20,000 nt of DNA from a bacterium (lineage in GTDB: Bacteria > JADJOY01): contig JAXLQJ010000001.1 in assembly GCA_046331705.1 (NCBI GenBank), positions 371,063 through 391,062 on the forward strand, written 5' to 3'. Positions within the stretch are counted from its first letter, which is position 1. The number at the start of each line of letters is the position of its first letter. The translations under genes and the position numbers were made by a program. Below the pieces are notes generated by a model. The model saw only the letters and a program-made list of their open reading frames with translations, searched no databases and was not told the origin of the DNA. Shown in pieces: positions 9,799 to 20,000 of this stretch.

Positions 9799-9804
9799 AG
9801 TATA
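9799..9804 (-). promoter_or_regulatory. Possible -10 element (TATACT) for the nucleotidyltransferase pair
   Basis: TATACT on the minus strand ~23 nt upstream of GTG 9776 in otherwise very GC-rich DNA. No convincing -35. Confidence 0.35.
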
Positions 9805-9999
9805 GGCGCGGCGGCACGACGCTGCAGCGCCGGGCCCGCTCGGCCGTGGCACGGCCTGGCGTTGTGGTCCTCGCTTCCGCCGTGGAGCTATCGTCGTCAT
9901 GGCGCGACCGGCCACGGCCGACCGACGAGCCCTCCTCCACCGCCGCCGACGACGACCACCCGCCCCAAACCGTCGCGACCGATTCGCGGGCCGGACCCC

Positions 10000-10511
10000 G
10001 GGTCGATCGTCGAGGGCGGCGACCCAGGCTGACGAGGCGCCGCTTCGATGACGAAGAGGGCGAAGACACCATGCCGTTCGATTGCGGTCGATCTGCGCGA
10101 GGTTGTGCTCGAAGTCGGCGGCGGAGTGGATCAAGAGATTGATCTTGAACTCGGTCTCCGAGGCCGTCGCCCAATCCGGGTAGAGGCGGCCCGGGCTCAG
10201 GATGTGGATGGTGCCGGTGAGCAGCGTGCCGGCGCCGATGGCCATCGCGGCCACGAACGCCGCCATCGCCAGCCAGAACCACTCGTCGTAGGCGATGAGC
10301 GGCTTGATCGCCTTGAGGATCCCCAGCGCGCCGACGGTGAACGGGATCATGAGCGCGATCAGCGCCTGGAGCCGCCCTCGGCGGCCTGATAGCGCGTGAT
10401 GAGCCACGCGTACGAGTCGCGCACGAATCCGAACGCCGGCTCGACGCCGGGGTAATCCGCCTTCAGCTCCTCGGACGAACGATCGGCCCAGGACGTCGTG
10501 TCGTTGCTCAT
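10000..10511 (-). CDS. Small ~3-TM membrane protein, PycTM/DUF5706-like topology (frameshifted; 3' end approximate; not called intact by the ORF track)
   Basis: ATG at 10511 with GGAGGA RBS gives 'MSNDTTSWADRSSEELKADYPGVEPAFGFVRDSYAWLITRYQAAEG'. A one-base shift in a G run (~10375) continues 'RLQALIALMIPFTVGALGILKAI..WFWLAMAAFVAAMAIGAGTLLTG..LSPGRLYPDW..FKINLLIHSAADFEHNLAQIDR'. A third hydrophobic stretch 'GVFALFVIEAA..AWVAAL' follows further shifts. Confidence 0.65.
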
Positions 10512-10708
10512 GCGCTCTCCTCCGTTCGGTCCCGCCGGGTTCGCCGGGTCTGCGCGTCAGGCCGGCAGCGCGGCACGCGTTCCCGCGTGGAGCCTCCGTA
10601 CGTGTGCGCGCGGCGCTCGCGGGTCACCGGCAGGGCCTCGGCCGTTCTAGCCAACCAAGCTCGCCGAAACTAGGTAGCTTCCGGTATCGTCGCCGCGCCA
10701 CGACCGCG

Positions 10709-10753
10709 GAGTCGCCAGAGCCACCAGAGTCGCCGGAGTTGCTGGAGTTGCCC
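10709..10753 (+). repeat. Five imperfect 9-nt tandem repeats abutting the CHAT gene start
   Basis: GAGTCGCCA GAGCCACCA GAGTCGCCG GAGTTGCTG GAGTTGCCC, then ATG at 10754. Confidence 0.7.
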
Positions 10754-13700
10754 ATGGCCGCGTACGCGACGATCACGTTCACACGGCTCGGTCTCGAGCT
10801 GCGCTCGCCGGCAGCGAATCTGCGCGAGGACCGGCCGCTTCGCGCGGAAGACGCCACGCGCTTCGAAGCCTGGAGCCAGCGGCAGCGGCAGCTCGCCCGG
10901 AAGGATCACGCGGACGCCGCTCGCGAGCTGCTGGCGCTCGGCGAGGAGATCTTCGCGTGGCTCGATGGCGCCGAGCGTTTCCTCACGCGCCTCGTCGAGA
11001 GCGCGCCCACCGCTCGAGATCGAGCTCGCCATCGGCAAGGTCGATACGGATGCCCCCGCGCGTGCGTTTCTCAACGCGCCGTGGGAGCTGCTCGCCGCCA
11101 ACGGCGAGCACTGGGCGCTGCGTGAGGACATCGTGCTCGTGCCCGTGCGGCGGATCGGCAAGGCTTCGCCCCCGCCCGCCCCTTCCCCCAACCGGCTCGC
11201 GCTGGTGTTCATGGCGGCGGCGCCCCGGGGCGCCGACAACCTGAGCTACGAGGCCGAGGAAGCGACGATCCTCGACGCCACGAAGGGCCTGGGACTCGAC
11301 CTCGTGGTGGAGGAGAGCGGCACCCTCGATCTGCTCTCGGCGATCGTGGCCCGCGAGAAGCCGGACGTGGTGCAGCTCTCGTGTCATGGCGCGCTCGAGC
11401 CCGAGCCGGCGTTGCTCCTCGAGGACGACCTCGGCGATCCCGCCGTCACCCCGGCCAAGGAGCTGGTCCGGAAGCTCGCGGGCCACCCTCCGCGGATGCT
11501 CTTTCTCTCGGCCTGCGAGACCGCGGAAGCGCATCCCGTCCTCGACTCCTTGGCCCCGGCGTTGGTGCGCGCTGGGGTCCCCTCCGTCCTGGGCTGGGCC
11601 GCACCCGTCCTCGACAACGAGGCGTCGATCTTCGCCGCCGCCCTTCAGAGGCATCTCGCGAGCGGCGAGGACCTGGCACGCTCGCTCGCGTACGCGCGCC
11701 TCGAGCTCGCGTCCTCGTCACGCCTCCCCGAGCGCGACGAGTCCCCCATTCGCTCCCACGACTGGCACCTGGCGCGCGTCTATCTCGGCACCGCGGGCGG
11801 CGGCGCCCTCGCCACCGCCGGCGGACCGCGGAAGCACATCGATCGCGGCCGGGCGCTCAAGACCTTCCTCGATGCCAAAGGCCAGCGCGTCCCGGTGGCG
11901 AGCGAGGCCGAGTTCGTGGGGCGGCGGCGCCCGATCCAGACCCACCTGCGCGAGCTGCGCGCAGGCCGAGGCAGGCCGCCCGCGCTGGCCGTGTTGATCC
12001 GCGGTGTGGGCAGGCAAGGAAAATCGAGCCTGGCGGCGCGGGTGGCCCAGCGCCTCGAACGGACCCACGACGTGGTCGTGTTGTTCGAGCGCTACGACGG
12101 TGCGGCGGTGATCTCGGCGTTGCGGGAGCGGATCGGCCGGCCGGCGATCGGGGAATGGGTGGATCGCCACCTGCCGCGGGTGGAGGAGGATCCCCGGCAC
12201 CTCCGGGAAGCGCTCGCGGAGTTGCTGGAAGGACCGTGCGCTCAGCTCCGCGAGGCGCGCGAGGACGACACCCTGCCGAGAAGCCCGTGTTGCTGGTGGT
12301 GGACGACTTCGAGCAAGCGCTGGAAGGGCACGCCGATGGGCTGCACACCGTGCGAGCGGAGCTGATCGAGCCCATCCGCGCCCTGATCCTCGCGTTCGGG
12401 AGCGCCGCCACGGACTCGCGGCTCGTCTTCACCAGCCGCTTCCAGTTCACGTTGCCGAGCGGCGGCCGTGATCTGGCGGATCGCCTGCTCGATCTGCCGC
12501 TCCCGGGAATGGACGAGCACGAGGCGCGGAAGCAGGCCGCCGCCAAGCTCGCGGTCGCGGTGGGCGGCGGCGACGTCGCGCCCGAAGGGCTCGTCGCCGT
12601 GGCCGATCCCGAGCGCCTCGGCGCCATCTTGCTGGCGGCGCAGGGAAACCCCGGGCTTCAGGATCTGCTCTTCTCGCTCGCGCTAGACAACCCAGCCGCC
12701 TGCGATCGGTGCCTCCACCAGATGGAGGCCTACCGAAGCGAAGGCACGCTCCCGAGCGAGGAGGCGGTTCGGGAGTTCTTCGAGAAGATCGCCATCGAGG
12801 CGATCCTCGCGCTGCTCTCACCGGCCCATCGTGAGCTGCTCCGAGCCGCCACGCTCTTCGAGCTGCCCGTTCCGCGGAGGTCATGGAGGATCCTGGGCGG
12901 CGAAAGCGAGATCGCGGCCACGAGGTTGGGTCTGAGCAGGCTCACGAGCCTCGGTTTGATCGAGACCTACGAGGACCTCCACGACCGCCGCGAGACGGCG
13001 CTCGCGATCAACGCCCTCATCCGGCCTCTTGCCGGCAGCCTCGATGCGGACGAGCGCCGGGCGAAGGCTTCGCTCGCCGCCCCGCGCCTCCTCGAATGCT
13101 GGGGTGGTGCAGCGGGCAGCCAGGAGCGCGGCTACCTCGGGACCTCGAGCTCACGCGGCTTGGGCTCGCGGCGCGAAGCGGCGCGGTGGTGGCGGCAACG
13201 GGTGCCGATGCGCTGCGGTTTCCTGGACACACGCTTCGAGTATCGGCAGGCGGCCCAGGTGGGCGGTCGCGATCCTGGAGCTGCTCGACGAGCAGGGTGT
13301 CGAGCCATCCGTCGATCTGCGCGCCGCGCCGAGCTGCATACGGGTCGGCGAGGTCGATCGCGCACGACGTTCCGCCGGCGCGCACTCACCAGCGAGCGAG
13401 AAGGGCAGCGCGCCCGATGACATCCCACCGACTCGCCACGCTCCTCGACCATGCCCGCCGCCCTGGTGCAGAGGAGCGCGGACGAGGCCTTGCCCCTCTT
13501 CGAGACCGTGCGCCAGTTGCTTCCCGAAGGGCGCAGGCAGGCGGTGACGCTCGGGGACATCGCGCGCATCCGGGCGGACAAGGGCGATGTGGACGGTGCG
13601 CTCGCGTTGCACGAGAAGCTCGCGATCGTCGAGGGCTCGGCGACAAGCGCTCGCGGGCGGTGACGCTCGGGGTTGTCGCGCATCCGGGCGGACAAGAGCG

Positions 13701-14864
13701 ATGTGGACGGTGCGCTCGCGTTGCACGAGGAGGAGGCTCGCGGTCTACGAGGGGCTCGGTGACAGCGCAGGCGTGCGGTGACGCTCGGGGACATCGCGCG
13801 CATCCGGGCGGATAAGGGCGATGTGGACAGTGCGCTCGCGTTGCACGAATCGCGATCGTCGAGGGAGCTCGGCGACAAGCGCTCGCGGGCGGTGACACTC
13901 GGGGACATCGCGCGCATCCGGGCGGACAAGGGCGATGTGGACGCTGCGCTCGCGTTGCACGGAGGAAGGCTCGTCCTACAGGGGCTCGGGGCCAAGCGCC
14001 GGCGTGCGGTGACGCTCGGAGACATCGCGCGCATCCGGGCGGATAAGGGCGATGTGGACGGTGCGCTCGCGTTGCACGAGGAGGAACTCGAGGTCTACGT
14101 CGAGGAACCGGGGAAAAGCTCGCGGGCGGTGACGCTCTGGGGACATCGCGCATCAAGATGAAGGGCGATGTGGACGGTGCGCTCGCGTTGCACGGAGGAG
14201 GCTCCGCTGATCTTCGAGGGGCTCGAGGACAAAGCGCAGGAGCAGGCGGTGACGCTCGGGGTCCTCGCGCGCATCCGGGCGCGTAAGGGCGATGTGGACG
14301 AGTGCGCTCGCGTTTGGCGAGGAGATGCCGATCTTCGAGGGGCTCGGGGACAAGCGCTCGCGTGCGGTGACGCTCAGGGACATCGCGCGCATCGAGGCTT
14401 CGAGGGCGATGTGGACGATTGCGCTCGCGTTGCGGGCTCGCGGTCTACGAGGGCTCGGTGACAAGCGCTCGCGGGCGGTGACGCTCGGGGACATCGCGCG
14501 CATCCGGGCGTCAAGGGCGATGTGGACGGTGCGCTCGCGTTGCACGAGGCTCGCGGTCTACGAGGGGCTCGGGGATCTCGACGGGATCGCCAACACGCTC
14601 TGGTCGATCGCTCGGATCGAGATCGAGCAAGAGAAGTTCCAGGAGGCCTACGAGCGGCTTCAGCGCTCGTACGAGATCAATCTCAAGCTCGGCCGGCTCG
14701 ACGGGATCTGCATGGTTGGCGTCGATCTCGGTCAACTGCTGGCGATGGGCGGTCACCGGGAGGAGGGGCTGGCGGTGCTCGCGCGATCGCGAGGTAGGTT
14801 CGTGCGGCTCGGGCAGGTGCAGCTCGCGCAACGGTTCGAAACCTGCTGGATGAAGTTGCGGTGA
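10754..14864 (+). CDS. CHAT (caspase-like) protease + STAND/NB-ARC-like NTPase + TPR protein (NLR-like), split by several indels
   Basis: 'APWELL', catalytic His 'VVQLSCHG' (~11385), catalytic Cys 'LFLSACETA' (~11515), 'HDW', 'FVGRR', Walker A 'GVGRQGKSSLA' (~12003), Walker B 'LLVVDDFEQ' (~12295), 'FTSR', 'QGNP', then TPR array ending at TGA 14864. Frame switches near 11010, 12280, 13140-13440 and within the repeats. Confidence 0.85.
13541..14572 (+). repeat. Nine near-identical ~120-nt tandem repeats encoding 40-aa TPR units
   Basis: Core GCGGTGACGCTCGGGGACATCGCGCGCATCCGGGCGGACAAGGGCGATGTGGACGGTGCGCTCGCGTTGCACGAG recurs at 13541, 13657, 13775, 13889, 14006, 14126, 14246, 14364, 14475. Consensus peptide DKRSRAVTLGDIARIRADKGDVDGALALHEEELAVYEGLG. 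Confidence 0.95.
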
Positions 14865-15030
14865 GCGGAGGCCTTCCGAGGGTCGGTAGAAGGCACCTGC
14901 CTCCCGGTACCGCGAGTGCGGGCGGGTATTCGGGCGCCACGATCCCGGGCGGGCGGAGGCTCCGTCCTCCGAATCGCGGCGCGACGATCGGCTGGAGGAC
15001 AACACGCCGGTCGTTCTCGAGGGCGAACCC

Positions 15031-15052
15031 GGCGACCGAGGGACCGGTCGCC
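15031..15052. terminator. GC-rich hairpin between convergent genes
   Basis: GGCGACCG-AGGGAC-CGGTCGCC, a perfect 8-bp stem. No U-tract, so terminator function is uncertain. Confidence 0.3.
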
Positions 15053-15079
15053 CTCCGCCGATGCCGGAACGGGCGCCGC

Positions 15080-17460
<2,381 letters not shown>

Positions 17461-17464
<4 letters not shown>

Positions 17465-18249
17465 GACGAGCGCTCCTTTCGATTCGCGGAGCGCGTTCGG
17501 CGCGTCGCGGTCGCTTGCGTGGACCTGGGGTTGCTGGGACGAGCGGGAACCGAGTGCAAGCGCGCGCTCGAATTCGCGCGCACGGCGGCGGCCGAGCCGT
17601 CGAGCCCGAGCAGGATCATCGCGGTGTCGATCACCGACTTCCGGACGCGCGCCGCGTGCGCCGGATCGCTCAGATCCTTGCCGAAGTACTGACGCTGGCT
17701 CGGCTGATCGAGGAAGGCCTGCGCGAACTGTCCGTAGAAGAGGCTCAGCATCACCTCGACGTCGATGTCGCGCGTGCGGCCTTCGTCCTTGAGCCGCGAG
17801 AAGTACTGGACCGCCATCCGGAACCACGGCGCGAAGGTCTGGAACACTCCCGGGAAATCCATCGACTCGGCCTGCATCGAGGCCCACATGCCGATGCGGA
17901 TGGGACGCGGGTCGACGAGCAGCGCATCGAACATCGTGCCGATGAGCTTCGGCACCGCGACCTCCACCGGCTGCGCCACGTCCAGGCACTCGCGGGTGAG
18001 GCGCATCACCTGGCGCGCCACGGCATCGCAGACCGCGAGCCAGAGACTCTCCTTCGAGCCCCAGTGGTAGTTGAGCGCGGCCACGTTCACGTTGGCGCGC
18101 TTGCAGATCTCGCGCGTGGACGTGCCGTCGAACCCGTACTCGGCGAAGACGTCGAGCGCCGCCTCGAGGATGCGGGCGCGGGCACCGGCTTGCTCGGCGG
18201 CCTCGGCTTCCGAGCGGGTGGGACGACGGACGAGCGCACGAACGGACAT
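17461..18249 (-). CDS. TetR/AcrR family transcriptional regulator
   Basis: ATG at 18249 with GGAGG RBS. HTH 'RARILEAALDVFAEYGFDGTSTREICKRANVNVAALNYHWGSKESLW'. Stop overlaps the next ATG (ATGA). Confidence 0.92.
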
Positions 18250-18298
18250 GTCGCGAGACCTCCCGAGTGGCGAGCCGGCGCTGCGGCGCCGCTGGGCA

Positions 18299-18326
18299 AT
18301 CGATTGAATCATCCGATTCAAACGAT
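18299..18326. promoter_or_regulatory. Palindromic operator, probably for the adjacent TetR
   Basis: ATCGATTGAATC-ATCC-GATTCAAACGAT: 12-bp arms with one mismatch and a perfect core TTGAATC-N4-GATTCAA, directly downstream of the -10 box. Confidence 0.75.
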
Positions 18327-18331
18327 CGCTT

Positions 18332-18360
18332 AAAGTACGGGCGCGTGCGCGCGGCGTCAA
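18332..18360 (-). promoter_or_regulatory. Sigma70-type promoter for the tetR / ABC1-diiron operon
   Basis: Minus strand TTGACG (18360-18355), 17-nt spacer, TACTTT (18337-18332). Confidence 0.75.
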
Positions 18361-18397
18361 GCACGGCGCCGTCGCGGAGGGGCGTCGGGGAGAAGCG

Positions 18398-19672
18398 TCA
18401 GGGAGGAACGCGCGCGGACCAGGCGCTCGTGTCACCGCACTCGAAGCCGTCGCTCAAGAGCCCGCCGGCGATCACCACGTGATCGAAGAGGACGCCGTCG
18501 CCCGAGAACGCGCCCGGGGTGAAGCCCCGATTCTCGACCCGGATCGAGGCCAGGGTCTCCGGGCCGCTGGTGTCGAAGCGGAGGTAGCCCACGTGCCCGC
18601 TGGCAGTCGGCAGTCCCGACAGCGCCGAGAGCCCGCCCACCAGCACTCCGTTCACGAGGAGATCGGCCTCCTGGTCGAGCTGAGCGACGGAGAAGCCCGC
18701 CGCGGCCACGGGCGGCGCGAAGCCGAGCTCCACGTCTCCCCAGTTTCCGGAGTCGGCATACGTGTGCGACGCGTTGTCGCGGGTGTTGAGCAGGCCGTGC
18801 GTTCCGTCCCACGTGCCGTCCAGGAACGCCACGCCGAAAGTGTCGTCGACGGGATCGAACGTCGCCGGTAGCGTCGTCGCCGGTCCCGCGTCGCCTGCAG
18901 GTGACGTCCACGCCACCGTCAGACCCGAGATCAGGTCGACGTCCTCGAAGTCCTCGACGCGACGCGCGCCGGGAAGGCCGAGGGCACAATCGGCTGCCGC
19001 CCATTGGCCGGCCGCGACTCCCGCGACGGTCACGTCTGGCATCGCCGCGGGCGCGAGCATGACGAGATGATCGACGACGAACCCATCTCCGCCCGCGTTG
19101 TCGAGGAGGATCGACTCGATGGTCGAGCCGCCCGTTCCGACGACGCGCACGTAGCCGATGCGAGCCCCATTCACCGTCAGGTACGAGAGCGCTGCCAGAG
19201 CACCCAGGTTCTGACCGTTCACCCACAGCGTCGCGTCGTTGTCGAGCTGCTGCACGCTGAATCCCACCGCCGCGACGGGGGGATCGAATCGAAGACCCAC
19301 GTCCCCCCAGAACTGGGATTGCGTGTATTCGTGAGAGGCGTTGCCGACCGAGCTGATCAGGGCGCGTGTTCCGTCCCACGTGCCGCCCACGAAGGCGCTT
19401 CCGAACGAGTCCGCGGCCGGATCGAAGAGCGCCGGGAGCGTAGCCGTGGGCAAGACGTTGCCGGAGGACGAGAGCCATTCGACCTGCAGGCCGGGCGCCA
19501 GGGTGGCGTCCTCGAAGTCCTCGACGGTTCCGCCCGGGAGGCCGAGCGTTGCATCGGCTGCGCCCCAAGCCGCAGGCGGCACTCCCGACACGTAGAAGCC
19601 CGCCCAGACATCGACGACGCCTGCAGCCAGCATCATCACGACGAGAGCACAGACCTGCTTCGCGGCCCGCAT
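18398..19672 (-). CDS. Secreted protein with two tandem homologous ~190-aa domains and C-terminal 'SDGFECGDTSAWS' motif
   Basis: ATG at 19672 with GGAGG RBS. Signal peptide 'MRAAKQVCALVVMMLAAGVVDVWA'. Internal duplication visible ('LGLPG..VEDFED', 'TLPAxFDP..DxFGxAF..GTWDGT', 'FxPPVAAxGFSVxQLD', 'DG..xDHxV'). Confidence 0.8.
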   Translation of the reverse strand: MRAAKQVCALVVMMLAAGVVDVWAGFYVSGVPPAAWGAADATLGLPGGTVEDFEDATLAPGLQVEWLSSSGNVLPTATLPALFDPAADSFGSAFVGGTWDGTRALISSVGNASHEYTQSQFWGDVGLRFDPPVAAVGFSVQQLDNDATLWVNGQNLGALAALSYLTVNGARIGYVRVVGTGGSTIESILLDNAGGDGFVVDHLVMLAPAAMPDVTVAGVAAGQWAAADCALGLPGARRVEDFEDVDLISGLTVAWTSPAGDAGPATTLPATFDPVDDTFGVAFLDGTWDGTHGLLNTRDNASHTYADSGNWGDVELGFAPPVAAAGFSVAQLDQEADLLVNGVLVGGLSALSGLPTASGHVGYLRFDTSGPETLASIRVENRGFTPGAFSGDGVLFDHVVIAGGLLSDGFECGDTSAWSARVPP

Positions 19673-19783
19673 ACACACCTCCCGGCTCAATTTTCCGGGC
19701 AGGCGCGCGCGAGCCGCAACTCGGCGCCATTCAACGCAAGCTCGCAGGAACGCCGGAGCGCCTGCGTGTGGATCGCCGCGCGC

Positions 19784-20000
19784 TCAGTCGTCAGCAGCGC
19801 CGCGACGGAACTGCTTCTTCTGCGAGTGGCGCGCCTTCTCGGAGAGGCGCCGCTCCTTGGCACCCCGCGAAGGCTTGGTGGGCTTACGCGGCTTGGGTGG
19901 CGGGCTGAGCGCTTCGAGCACCAGCTCGCGCAGCCGTTCGCGCGCATCGTCCAGATTGCGCGGCTGCGAGCGATAGCGCTGGCTCACGACCACGATCTCG
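19784..20000 (-). CDS. arfB: Alternative ribosome rescue factor ArfB (YaeJ), C-terminal part
   Basis: 'VVVSQRYRSQPRNLDDARERLRELV...PKPRKPTKPSRGAKERRLSEKARHSQKKQFRR' matches the RSQxxN motif and basic tail of ArfB. The GGQ domain lies outside the window. Confidence 0.88.
   Translation of the reverse strand, partial: EIVVVSQRYRSQPRNLDDARERLRELVLEALSPPPKPRKPTKPSRGAKERRLSEKARHSQKKQFRRGAADD

Noticed and set aside
9805-10000. Possible small ORF between the 3-TM gene and the first NTase
   Set aside because: Only low-complexity translations with no convincing start. It may be the tail of the TM gene or intergenic DNA.
7780-10511. Calling the NTase + TM cluster a canonical CBASS or Pycsar system
   Set aside because: The NTase motifs fit RlaP/YcgL-like proteins rather than CD-NTases or class III cyclases, and no Cap2/Cap3/HORMA genes are seen.
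10370-12290. Programmed frameshifting at the frame switches in the TM and CHAT genes
   Set aside because: No canonical slippery heptamers, and indels are frequent across the whole block, which fits sequencing error better.
13541-14572. Tandem array as a possible CRISPR array
   Set aside because: The conserved unit is ~75 nt within a ~120-nt period, the intervening parts are homologous to each other, the unit translates to TPR motifs, and no cas genes are present.
17465-18364. N-terminal ~300 aa of the 1094-aa ORF (15080..18364)
   Set aside because: Arg-rich off-frame read-through over the TetR gene. The real start is ATG 17464, coupled to the TetR stop.

Overview
Very GC-rich bacterial DNA; the gene content resembles Myxococcota/Acidobacteriota-type lineages (inference only). 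The central part (~6.3-14.6 kb) is full of small indels, so many genes there are split across frames, while both flanks read cleanly. Left, + strand: end of an SGNH-type hydrolase, a SAM methyltransferase, an atypical sulfatase-family protein, an FNR-like flavin reductase, an LhgO-like FAD oxidoreductase and a small membrane protein. Centre, - strand: a secreted CSLREA/choice-of-anchor-Q protein, a translationally coupled pair of Pol-beta/RlaP(YcgL)-like nucleotidyltransferases and a small 3-TM protein with PycTM-like topology. Divergent from these, + strand: a ~4.1 kb CHAT protease + STAND NTPase + TPR (NLR-like) gene with nine near-identical ~120-nt repeats. Right, - strand: a TetR gene with a clear sigma70 promoter and palindromic operator, coupled to an apparent fusion of an ABC1/UbiB kinase and a ferritin-like diiron domain; then a secreted two-repeat protein with a DGFE-type C-terminal motif and the 3' end of arfB. 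Best candidates for a new system are the NTase pair / 3-TM / CHAT-STAND-TPR conflict-type cluster and the ABC1 kinase-diiron fusion.
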